Source: an uncultured Alphaproteobacteria bacterium
GTDB lineage: Bacteria > Pseudomonadota > Alphaproteobacteria > Rhizobiales > Beijerinckiaceae
Assembly: GCA_963828185.1 (NCBI GenBank)
Contig: CAWHDV010000008.1
Coordinates: 126,029-190,028 of the forward strand
Length of the DNA stretch: 64,000 nucleotides
Reading direction: 5' to 3'
Shown: piece after piece, positions 39,419 to 48,249 of the stretch
Position numbering within the stretch: position 1 is the stretch's first letter
How the letters are laid out: each line of letters opens with the position of its first letter
Made by a program: the position numbers and the translations under genes
The notes under the pieces: generated by a model
What the model was told of the DNA's origin: nothing
The model's database searches: none
What the model saw: the letters and a program-made list of their open reading frames with translations, nothing else

Positions 39419-40333
39419 TTAGCCCTTCCGTCCAGAGCCTTTTCCGATCCGATGGAATTGGATCAGGGCTCCAGGTTTTTGTTTTGACGCGCTTTCTTCA
39501 CGCGAACCGGTGTCCGCTTCGCTTGAGAACGCTCCGATTGCGGCGAACAGCGCGATGAGCGCAAGGCCCGCCGCCAGGTTGGCCAACATCAGCGCCGCCA
39601 TGACGGGGGCGGTGAAGCGACCGAGCGCCACGCCCTGGATATGGCACAGCAGCACGATCCGGGTGAGCAGCCCCGGCGATTTATCCTGCTCGGCGTCGGC
39701 GAAGGCGCCGGTCAGCTCCTGCGGCGAGACCGCGACGCCTTCCATGTAGCGGCTGATCGCGCCATCGGGCGAGGCGATGATGAAGCCCGCCGGATGGATA
39801 TAGGCGTCGAGGAAGGCGTCGTAGCGGTAGTGAAACCCGGCCGTGTCGGCGATCTCCCGCACCGCGCCCGGCGCGCCGCTGAGAAAGTGCAGGCCGGCTG
39901 CGCCGCCGCGATCGAGCAATGCGGCGAGGCGCGCCCGGGCCGCCGCGGCGTCAACCGCCTTGTCGCGCGGATCGATGCTCACCGCGACAAGCTGGTAATC
40001 GCGTCCGGCTTCAAACGGCAGGCGATCGAGCGCAGTGACGAGATCGCGCAGGGTGACGCCGCACAGCGACGTGCAACGGAGATATTCGAACACCAGGATG
40101 ACCGGCGTCTTGCCGAAAAAATCACCGAGCGCGACTGGCCGCCCCGCCTCGTCGACGAGCTTCGCGCCCAGCGGCATGAGCGCCCCGGGATGCGGTGAAA
40201 AGGCCAGGTTATTGTCGTCCTTCGCAATCTCGGACACAGGCCTCGGCAAGGCGCGCACGAACACCGCGGCGGTGACGCACACCGCGAAGGAAACCAGCAA
40301 GACAGGGGCCGCAATCCCTCTCGTCCGTCTCAT
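39419..40333 (-). CDS. SCO1/SenC copper chaperone with a repeat-derived C-terminal tail
   Basis: YLRCTSLC (CxxxC), VSIDP, YIHPAG; start MRRTRG at 40333 (ATGA overlap). Confidence 0.88.
   Translation of the reverse strand: MRRTRGIAAPVLLVSFAVCVTAAVFVRALPRPVSEIAKDDNNLAFSPHPGALMPLGAKLVDEAGRPVALGDFFGKTPVILVFEYLRCTSLCGVTLRDLVTALDRLPFEAGRDYQLVAVSIDPRDKAVDAAAARARLAALLDRGGAAGLHFLSGAPGAVREIADTAGFHYRYDAFLDAYIHPAGFIIASPDGAISRYMEGVAVSPQELTGAFADAEQDKSPGLLTRIVLLCHIQGVALGRFTAPVMAALMLANLAAGLALIALFAAIGAFSSEADTGSREESASKQKPGALIQFHRIGKGSGRKG
39432..39535. repeat. About 105-bp Rhizobiales-type interspersed palindromic element, in frame within the SCO 3' end
   Basis: Minus strand GGAGCGTTCTCAAGCGAAGCGGACACCGGTTCGCGTGAAGAAAGCGCGTCAAAACAAAAACCTGGAGCCCTGATCC..GGATCGGAAAAGGCTCTGG, forming two hairpins; resembles the dispersed repeat I recognise from Rhizobiales genomes. 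Confidence 0.75.
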
Positions 40334-40842
40334 GGGCGCGTTCCCGCAAAGCCCGGAATTCCCGACGCAACGAGTTTCTTCATCGCCTGCTCGATCGGGA
40401 CGTGCACGATCCCCTTCGACCTGTCGATCCAGTAATAGCCGTTGAGGCGCTTGTCCTCTTCGGCGCGGAAGCGCCTGAGGTCGCCCTGGGGGTCGGTTTG
40501 CAGGTTGGGGCCCGGCGGCGTGAAGCGCAGCGTGCGCGCGACGTCCGGCAGCGATTTGGGATAGGCGGCCATCAGCGCGAAACAGGAGACGACCAGCAGC
40601 GCCAGCGTCCCGACGTAGACCGTCGCGACCGGCGCCAGCCTCCAGTCGGAAGGCTCGAATGCGGTGTCCGGATTCTCGCGCTGAGCGCCTTCGATCTCCG
40701 CGAGGCCGGGCCGTGTCGCGTCTTTGGAGCTTCGCGCCATTGTGATCCTCCATGTCGCAACCGCAAGCAGCAAAACGAGCGCCGCCCACAGCCGGTTCAG
40801 CCAGACCGCCCTCCGGCTTTTTGTCTTCTCCGGCTCAGCCAT
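40330..40842 (-). CDS. ActG-like small membrane subunit of alternative complex III
   Basis: TM helix plus P..P.LQ.DP..DL..FRAEED..LNGY.WID..KG.V.VPIEQAM; lies between actF and sco. Confidence 0.7.
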   Translation of the reverse strand: MAEPEKTKSRRAVWLNRLWAALVLLLAVATWRITMARSSKDATRPGLAEIEGAQRENPDTAFEPSDWRLAPVATVYVGTLALLVVSCFALMAAYPKSLPDVARTLRFTPPGPNLQTDPQGDLRRFRAEEDKRLNGYYWIDRSKGIVHVPIEQAMKKLVASGIPGFAGTRP

Positions 40843-41951
40843 GATCCGCCGCCCGTATCGGCGCGCCGGGAGACGATCCGCGCGGCGCGTGGCGCCATCT
40901 CGAGGCGAACATCATCGCCATGCCGCCGCCGAGCGCCAGCACGGCGGCGACATCGAGCCAGATTGGCGTCCCTTGCTTGAACTCCGGCATGACCAGCAGC
41001 CAGGTGTCGGCGATGCGGCTGATCAGGATCGATACGCACATCGCTGCGACGATGGCGCGATGGCGCTTCGCCGGCGTCCACAGAAGCACGAGGAACGGCA
41101 GGACGAATCCAAGCCCCGCCGAGCTGGCGAGCGCCGGCCGCCAGCGCCGGATCCAGCCGCTTGACGTACCAGGGGATTTCGGTTCTGAGATTCTCTTCCC
41201 AGATGATCAGGTACTGGATGAATTCGACATAAGCCCAGAACATCGTCATCGCGAGCAGGATTTGCGCGAGATCGGCCATATGCGCGCGCCGCTCGCCCAA
41301 TTGCCGGCCTGCCGAAGCGACGGCCAGCACGACCATCGCCATGCCCGTGTTGAACCAGCTCGCCCCTTGCGTGTACGGGAAAATGGAGGACCAGAACTTC
41401 GGCTCCAGCGACAGGATCCAGTCGATGGCGGCAAAGCTCATCGACAGCGCCAGCGCGACGAGGCCGAGGCCGCTGATCCAGGACTGACGGGGAGCGATCG
41501 GACGCAGGCCCTGGCGCGGCCCCAAGACGGCAAACGCCGCGAGGAGATTCCAGACGACGACATAGGCCCCATAGCGGAGGAAGAAATCCGTCCTGTTGAG
41601 ATAGAACAGATTGCCGAGACCGGACGCGGGATGCGTCCAGCCATAGATCGTATCGAGACCGATGAAGGCGGGAATGCCGGCGAGACTCGCCAGCGGCATG
41701 GTCGCGATCGCCGCGTTGAGCGCCGGACGCGCGGCTTCCATCCATTCGCCGCCGGTGAGGTCATGCACGAGAGTCAAGGTCACGCCAGCGAGCGGCAAGC
41801 CGAGCCAGAACAGAAAGCTGCACAGCCAGGCGCGGTAAAACTCCCCCGGCGAAATGGACAGGCCGACGACGCATCCGAGCAGGCCGACTCCAAGAGCGGC
41901 TGCGGCGAGCAGGATCACGGGCGGCTGTCTTTCGCGCATGGCGGCGTTCAT
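40835..41951 (-). CDS. actF: Alternative complex III subunit ActF (NrfD-like membrane protein); +1 frameshift at about 41148
   Basis: FAAIDWILSLEPKFWSSIF, FWAYVEFIQYLIIW.EN..EIPWY; the C-terminus continues in ORF 40835..41089. Confidence 0.85.
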
Positions 41952-42463
41952 TGCAGCTCCTTGCGTCTGTCTGCTGGAACGTCCTCGAGCTTCGCGCCGG
42001 CGCTCGCCTGAAGCGCGCGAATATAGGCGGCGATAGCCCAGCGATCGGCGGGCTCAACCCGATCGGCGTAGGAATACATCACGCCATAGCCATGCGTGAT
42101 CACGTCATAGAACAGCTTGTCGGGCGCGCTTCGCAGGGCCTTGCTGTAATAGGAGGGCGGGGGCGGAAAGCCGCGCTGCACGATCACGCCGTCACCGGCG
42201 CCGGTGCGGCCGTGGCAGGGCGCGCAATTGATGTCGAAGCGCTGCCGGCCGCGCTCGAGCAAGGCCATCGTCACGGCCGGCGCCTGGGGCGGCCTGAGCG
42301 GCGCATCGCGCGCGATCGTGTGCGCAACCGGCGTGATCGGCCAATGCGCTTGCGAGCCGTAAGGCAGTTCGTAGGGATTGCGCCTTGGTTGGTTGGCCAT
42401 GTTGTCACAACCCGCCAGGGCCGCCGTCGCGCACGCCGCAGCGATGAGCCGAGCGCGTTTCAT
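41948..42463 (-). CDS. actE: Alternative complex III subunit ActE, monoheme cytochrome c lipoprotein
   Basis: Lipobox LAGC; FDINCAPCHG; GYGVM.SY..DRWAIAAYIRALQ. Confidence 0.9.
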   Translation of the reverse strand: MKRARLIAAACATAALAGCDNMANQPRRNPYELPYGSQAHWPITPVAHTIARDAPLRPPQAPAVTMALLERGRQRFDINCAPCHGRTGAGDGVIVQRGFPPPPSYYSKALRSAPDKLFYDVITHGYGVMYSYADRVEPADRWAIAAYIRALQASAGAKLEDVPADRRKELQ

Positions 42464-42993
42464 GCGCGGACCTCCTCGATGCGCTCCGCGCCGAGTTGCA
42501 CCAGCAATTCGCGCACGGCGGTCGCCTCGAAGCGCGGGTCTCCCGCTTCGATGCAGATGAGGAATTGATCGCGCGAGGCGCGCGCGAAGCATTTGGCGTC
42601 GGAGATCGGATGGTAGAGCTTCGGCAATCGGCGCGTCGCCAGAAATCCGAACAGGCCGGCCGCCACCGCGAACAGCAGCATGAATTCGAAGGTCGAGACG
42701 GCGAAGGCCGGCCAGCTGTCGTGCGGACGGCCGCCGACGTTGATCGGATAGCTCACCGCCTCGTCCCAGTATTGAATCCAGTAGCCCAGCGCCGCTCCGA
42801 CGATCGCGCCGGCGAACATCAGCAGCGGCAGCAGGCGGCGAGGTCCCGGATAGATGATCTCCTCCAGCCCCTCGACCAGATGCGGCGTATAGGCGTCAAA
42901 GGCGCGATAGCCTCTCTCGCGGATGCTCGCCGCAGCGTCCCGCACCGCATCCGGCGTCGCGAAAACGCCGATGACGCCGAAGAGATCGCTCAT
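42460..42993 (-). CDS. actD: Alternative complex III subunit ActD
   Basis: MSDLFGVIGVF..DAYTPHLVEG..YPINVGGRP..WPAF..FEFMLL; ATGA overlap with the actC stop. Confidence 0.88.
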   Translation of the reverse strand: MSDLFGVIGVFATPDAVRDAAASIRERGYRAFDAYTPHLVEGLEEIIYPGPRRLLPLLMFAGAIVGAALGYWIQYWDEAVSYPINVGGRPHDSWPAFAVSTFEFMLLFAVAAGLFGFLATRRLPKLYHPISDAKCFARASRDQFLICIEAGDPRFEATAVRELLVQLGAERIEEVRA

Positions 42994-44358
42994 CGCGATT
43001 TCTCCTCTTCGATGATTTCGCGCACCTCCGCCAGCGAGACGATCGGCGCGAACCGCAGGAACAAAAAGAACAGGGTGAGGAACAGCCCGATCGTCCCCGC
43101 GAGCGCCGCCCAGTCCCATGCGGTGGGGTAATAATGGCCCCAGTAGGAGGGCATCCAGTTGTGCTCGAGGCTCGCCGTCGTGAAGACCGAAACGCTCCTG
43201 CCACATGCCGACGATGACGCCGCCCGAGATCAGGAACAACAGCGGCAGATTGCGGCGGACGACCGGAAACCACAGGAGCTGGGGAACGACGACGGTGAGG
43301 ACCTTCTCGGACCAGAACGGGACGGCTGTGAAGCCGAAGACGCGGTGAAAGAATTCCGTCTTGTCGGCGACGCTGCTTCCATAAAGCGGTCCGAACGCTT
43401 CCCAGACATAGGCGTAGGCGAGAAACAGGCTTCCGGCGAGCATGAGTTTTGCCATCGCGTTCATGTGATATCCGGTCAGCACGTTTTGCAGGCCGTAGCC
43501 CCAGCGCACGACGATGGTGAGCATGATGATCACGGCGGTTCCGGAGACGATCGCGCCGAAGAAGAAATAGGGCGGGAATTGCGTGTCGTGCCAGCCGGGA
43601 GTCAGTCCGCCGGCAAAATCGAGTCCGACCACGCTATGGACCGAAATGACCATTGGAGCCATGATCGCGGACATGATGGCGTAGACGACGCGCTGGGAGC
43701 CCCATTCGCGCGCCGAACCGCGCCAGCCAAGCGCCAGGACGCCATAGAAGATCTGCTTGCCCCGGCTCTGCGCGAGGTCGCGGACGGTCGCGAGATCCGG
43801 CAGGATGCCGACGTAATAATACATCAGCGACATCACGATGTAGAAAAGCAGGCAGACGAAATCCCACCACAGCGGACTGCGCACCTGCGGCCATACGCCC
43901 ATCACGTTCGCGTAGGGAAACAGCCAATAGAAGAACCCCGGCCGTCCCAGATGCATGATCGGCATCAGGCCCGCGCAAGGGGCGGCCGAAAGCAGCATGC
44001 TTTCGGCGATGCGATTGGTCGCCGAGCGCCACGGCGAGCGCGTCACGAAGAACAGCGCCGAGACGATCGTGCCGCCGCTGGCGAGCGCGATCCACCATAC
44101 GTATTCCGACAGCGCCAGGCCCCAGGCCACGGGGATTTCCACGCCCCATATGCCGACGCCCCTGGTGAACAACCAGAACATTTGCACGAGCAGCACGATG
44201 AGCAGCAGGAAGGAAACCGAGAAGCCCACCCACCACCATCGCGGCGCGCGCGGCGCCAGAACCCGGCTCGAGACCTCGTCGCTCAGCGAGGCAAGCGTGA
44301 CCTCAGGCGCGATGATCGGCGCGTCATTGGGCAGTTCGTCCGAGAATGTCGTCGTCAT
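42990..44358 (-). CDS. actC: Alternative complex III subunit ActC (NrfD/PsrC quinol-binding subunit); +1 frameshift at about 43187
   Basis: WWIALASGGT, HLGRPGFFYW, RSPLWWDF, SVHSVVG.DF. Removing one base gives QERFVFTTASLEHNW..YYPTAWDW and a stop at 42990. Confidence 0.88.
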
Positions 44359-44390
44359 CGGCCAAGTTCCTCAATGTCTTGCCCTGAACG

Positions 44391-47324
44391 TCACGAAGGC
44401 TTGCCCTTGATGGCGGGATTCCGGTTGCGGATCAGCGCGCTGTAACTCGTGCGCGGCCGTGTGTTCAAATCCTCGAGCAGCACGTAATCGATCGGCGAGC
44501 CCTTGCGCCGGGACACCGCGCTGGCGCGATCGTTGCGGTCGCCGAAAACGATCGCCTGCGTCGGGCAGGCTTGCTGGCAGGCGGTGACGATCTCGCCGTC
44601 GCGAAGCGGCCTGTCGTCGCGCGCGGCGGCGATCTGCGTGGTGCGGATGCGCTGGATGCAATAGGTGCATTTCTCCATCACGCCGCGCTCGCGGACCGTG
44701 ACCTCCGGATTCCAGGATTCGTCGGGCCGTTCGTTCTGGTCCGCATAGCCGAAGAAATTGAAGCGGCGCACCTTGTAGGGGCAATTGTTGGAGCAGAATC
44801 GCGTGCCGACGCAGCGATTGTAGACCATGAGATTGAGGCCCTCATGGTCGTGAACCGTCGCGTGCACAGGGCAAACCACCTCGCACGGCGCCTCCTCGCA
44901 ATGCATGCAGGGCATCGGCTCGAAGGCGATGTCGGGATCGTCGCTCGGACCAGAATAATAGCGGTCGATGCGGAGCCAGTGCATCACGCGTTCGGCGAGC
45001 ACCTGGTCCTTGCCGACCACCGGCACGTTATTCTCCGCCTGGCAGGCGATGGCGCAGGCCTGGCAGCCGATGCACGAGTTGAGGTCGATCGCCATCGCCC
45101 ACGCCCGGTCGGGATATGCGTAAGCGCGATAAAGCAACTCCGGCTTTTCCGGCTTCCTGACGATAGAGCGGGGATCGCTGTTGAACTGGTCGAGGCTGCC
45201 CTCTTGAACGAGATCGCGTCCTGCGACGTGATCGTGCCCCTGCGTCGTGGCGAGCCGACAAGTCTCCCCGGTCTTGCTGATCGAAGACAGGACGGCGGTC
45301 CATGGATCGGACCGGATCCGCAACCGATAGGCGTCAAATCCCGCTCCGGCGCCGAGGCCGCCGGCGGCGCGTCCCCAGCCGAGCGGCAAGGTGACGCAAT
45401 TTTCCGCCTGGCCCGGCAGGACGAATACCGGCGCCTTCAGCGTCCGGCCGTTGGCGGTGATTTCGACGACATCGTCGGTCGCGAGGCCAAGCCGTTTCGC
45501 CGTGGCCGGCGCGATCAGCGCGGCATTGTCCCAGGTGAGCCGGGTGAAGGCGCGCGCCATCTCCAGAAGCCAGGGATTATCCGCATAGCGCCCGTCCCAA
45601 TTTCCTTCGTCGGGACGAAACAGCGCCTGAATCTCGCCCCGCCGCGCCGTCGCCGGCGGCGGCAAGCCCTTGACGGCGTTGGCGTTCAGCGTGACGTTCA
45701 GGACTGACGATGCGGTGTTCGGCACAGCGCCCAATCGCACGGCGCCGCGCCAAAAAACGTCTGGATCGCCTTCTTGCTGTTTCTGGGCGCGTCGGCGCCA
45801 AAAATCGCGCGTCAGGGCGTAATCGTCAGGCGTCAGGTTTCCGAGCAGGACGGAGAGGACCTGCCGCGGCGAATGGCCGCCATAGAGAGGGCGCGCTTGC
45901 GGCTGCAGGATGGTCGCCGTTCCATCGAAAGCGCGGGCGTCGCCCCAGGTTTCGTAGTCGTGCGTCGCAGGCAATCGCCACTTGCAGGCGAGCGCGGTCT
46001 CGTCCTCGTAAAGCGACAGGCAGGCCGAAAACGGCACGTGGCGCAGCGCCGAGGCGAATTCGCTGTCGGCGGGCGCGTCATAAACCGGATTGGCCCCGAG
46101 GATGAGCAGCGTGTCCACCTTGTCCGCAGCCATTTCCTGCGTGAGTTCGGACAGTTGCTGTTGCTTTGCCGCGGCGCCCGCGTCGATGGGCGCGATCAGT
46201 CGCACCGTCTTGCCGAAAGCGCCGAGCGCATTGTTGATTGCGTCCGCGAGGAGGTGGACTTCGACAGGCTGCTCGCATCCCGCATGGACCAGCGAGGCGC
46301 CCTTGTGCTGGAGCAGATCGTCGGCGGCGGCCTTAAGCCAGTCCGCTTGCAGGTGCTCTTGCCCGGCCCATTCCTGCGGCCCGGCGCCCACATGCGCCGC
46401 CAAATGGCGCAGCGAAGCGACGATGTCGTCCGGCCGCAGCGGCAGGCGATGGTCCGCCTTGGCGCCGAGCAGGGTCGGCGTGCTTTCTATGGCGTAGACG
46501 CGGCTCATCTTGCCGCCGGTCTCAAACGGGCGCCTGGCTGCGGCGAAGGCGCGGGCGTAAGCGAGCCAGCCGGGCGCCGACGAGATGAGATCGCTGCCGA
46601 CGCCGAAGATTCTTTCGGCTGCGCCGACGTCGAAGATCCTTTCGGTCGCGGTCCCGAAGCTGGCCGCCGCCGCGATCAGTTCGTTGTCGCGATGGAGCGG
46701 CTCCCACTGCCGCCAGACCATGGCCGGGTACTGCTTTTGCAGGTCCGCGAGCAACGATTGAAGCAGCGGCGAACCCGTGGCGCCGGTCAGGATGCGAAGC
46801 CCCGCCCCTTTGCTGTGCAAGAGCGCGTCGCGGCGGTCGTGGAGAGCGCTGACGAAGCCTTCCCACGTCGCGATTTGCCCAGCGCCGACAATCGTCTGCG
46901 CGCGTCGCGGGTCGTACAATCCGAGGATGCTGGCCTGCATGATCGCGCTGGCCGCGCCCAGGCTCGCCGGATGGTCCGGATTGCCTTCGATCTTGATCGG
47001 CCGCGCCATCTGATGGGCGACGAGGACGCCGGTCGCGTAGGCCCCTTGCGTCATCGCCGTGGCGAAGTAGCTGTTTTTGCCAGGAATGACATTTTCCGGC
47101 TCTTCGACATAGGGCAGAAGCTGGCGTCGATCGACTTCCGGCCCGCAGCCCGCCAATCCGCCGAGCGCCATCGACGCGGCCATCAGTTGCAGGAAGCGAC
47201 GGCGGTCGAACGAATTGACGATGTCGCGGAAGCGCGGCGCCTCGCGCTCGACAAACGCGACGAACGCCTCGGTCTCCGCGAGTTCTTCAAGACTTCGCCA
47301 GTATGTGCGCGGCGATTCCGTCAT
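44391..47324 (-). CDS. actB: Alternative complex III subunit ActB (molybdopterin-oxidoreductase-like B1 plus Fe-S B2), Tat substrate
   Basis: YWRSLEEL, DRRRFLQLM..LAGC, KIEGNPDHP; CIGCQAC, CMHCEEAPC, CVGTRFCSNNCP, CTYC. Confidence 0.93.
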   Translation of the reverse strand: MTESPRTYWRSLEELAETEAFVAFVEREAPRFRDIVNSFDRRRFLQLMAASMALGGLAGCGPEVDRRQLLPYVEEPENVIPGKNSYFATAMTQGAYATGVLVAHQMARPIKIEGNPDHPASLGAASAIMQASILGLYDPRRAQTIVGAGQIATWEGFVSALHDRRDALLHSKGAGLRILTGATGSPLLQSLLADLQKQYPAMVWRQWEPLHRDNELIAAAASFGTATERIFDVGAAERIFGVGSDLISSAPGWLAYARAFAAARRPFETGGKMSRVYAIESTPTLLGAKADHRLPLRPDDIVASLRHLAAHVGAGPQEWAGQEHLQADWLKAAADDLLQHKGASLVHAGCEQPVEVHLLADAINNALGAFGKTVRLIAPIDAGAAAKQQQLSELTQEMAADKVDTLLILGANPVYDAPADSEFASALRHVPFSACLSLYEDETALACKWRLPATHDYETWGDARAFDGTATILQPQARPLYGGHSPRQVLSVLLGNLTPDDYALTRDFWRRRAQKQQEGDPDVFWRGAVRLGAVPNTASSVLNVTLNANAVKGLPPPATARRGEIQALFRPDEGNWDGRYADNPWLLEMARAFTRLTWDNAALIAPATAKRLGLATDDVVEITANGRTLKAPVFVLPGQAENCVTLPLGWGRAAGGLGAGAGFDAYRLRIRSDPWTAVLSSISKTGETCRLATTQGHDHVAGRDLVQEGSLDQFNSDPRSIVRKPEKPELLYRAYAYPDRAWAMAIDLNSCIGCQACAIACQAENNVPVVGKDQVLAERVMHWLRIDRYYSGPSDDPDIAFEPMPCMHCEEAPCEVVCPVHATVHDHEGLNLMVYNRCVGTRFCSNNCPYKVRRFNFFGYADQNERPDESWNPEVTVRERGVMEKCTYCIQRIRTTQIAAARDDRPLRDGEIVTACQQACPTQAIVFGDRNDRASAVSRRKGSPIDYVLLEDLNTRPRTSYSALIRNRNPAIKGKPS

Positions 47325-47971
47325 CGATGACATATCCCGCAATCGGAAAGGTTATCTGGATGAATGTGATAGGCGGCCATCAAGGCGTGGCCGGATGGCG
47401 TCGCGGGCGTGCGGCGCCAATGCGGATCGAAGATCTTGTCCTTGGGGCGCAGCCGTTGCGCCGGATCGCGGTGGCAGGAAAGGCACCACCCCATGTAAAG
47501 CGTGCTGGCCTTCCAGGTGAGGTCCATGTCGCCGATCGGGCCGTGGCATTCCGTGCAGCCCACGCCCTTGGCGATATGGATGCTGTGGTCGAAATAGACA
47601 TAGTCGGGCAAAGTATAGACGCGCGTCCAGCGCAGGGGCTTGTCCTCGGCGAGGCTCTGGCGATCCGGCGCGAGCATTGCGGCGTTGGTCCAGATCTGCG
47701 AATGACAGGTCATGCAAATCGCCGTCGAAGGCATGCCGGCGTCGGACGATTTCTCGACCATCGTATGGCAATAGCGGCAATCGAGGCCGAGGCCGCTGAC
47801 GTGATGCTTATGGCTGAACGGCACGGGTTGTTGGGGCGCGAACCCCACCAGCGTATTGTAATTCATATAAGGAACGACCGAGATCGAGGCGATCAATCCG
47901 AGACCTGCGCACGCCGCGGCGACGAGGGCCGCGTTCATGAACAGGTTGGCTCTCGGGCCGAAGATTCCCAC
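47321..47971 (-). CDS. actA: Alternative complex III subunit ActA, pentaheme cytochrome c
   Basis: Five CxxCH motifs (CRYCH, CMTCH, CTECH, CLSCH, CGICH); QQPVPFSHKHH; GTG start with GAGGA SD. Confidence 0.93.
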   Translation of the reverse strand: MGIFGPRANLFMNAALVAAACAGLGLIASISVVPYMNYNTLVGFAPQQPVPFSHKHHVSGLGLDCRYCHTMVEKSSDAGMPSTAICMTCHSQIWTNAAMLAPDRQSLAEDKPLRWTRVYTLPDYVYFDHSIHIAKGVGCTECHGPIGDMDLTWKASTLYMGWCLSCHRDPAQRLRPKDKIFDPHWRRTPATPSGHALMAAYHIHPDNLSDCGICHR

Positions 47972-48173
47972 TCGGCTTTCCTCGCGTTCCGGCGCTCCGG
48001 GCGCTGCCCGCACGACAATTCCCAAGCCGACGTTTTCGTTCCCGACGCAGGCGGGGAAGGCTCCGCCGTAACCGCGCTGAACCGCGCTGGGGCGCATCGA
48101 AGGCGGGGCTTGGCGGCCGTGAGCAGCAGGTTGTTCACCACCAGCGTTGCCCTCGCCTTTTTTGCTCCGGCGC

Positions 48174-48198
48174 GGAACATCACATTGTGCGCCGGGTT
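48174..48198 (+). promoter_or_regulatory. Putative EcfG/sigmaT promoter of ndh
   Basis: GGAAC-N16-GGTT, about 52 nt before TTG 48250. Confidence 0.6.
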
Positions 48199-48249
48199 TC
48201 AGGGCGAACTGACGCGGCCAACGCGCCGTTGGTTTTGTGGAGCAAGCGC

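Noticed and set aside
39419-40789. 456-aa extended SCO ORF (and the similar extended ORFs 15932..17239 and 16573..17646)
   Set aside because: The upstream parts are shadow frames of neighbouring genes; the real starts are 40333, 16604 and 17236.
42460-44358. 632-aa ActC-ActD fusion
   Set aside because: Caused by the +1 error at about 43187; the corrected ActC stops at 42990 and ActD has its own ATG at 42993.
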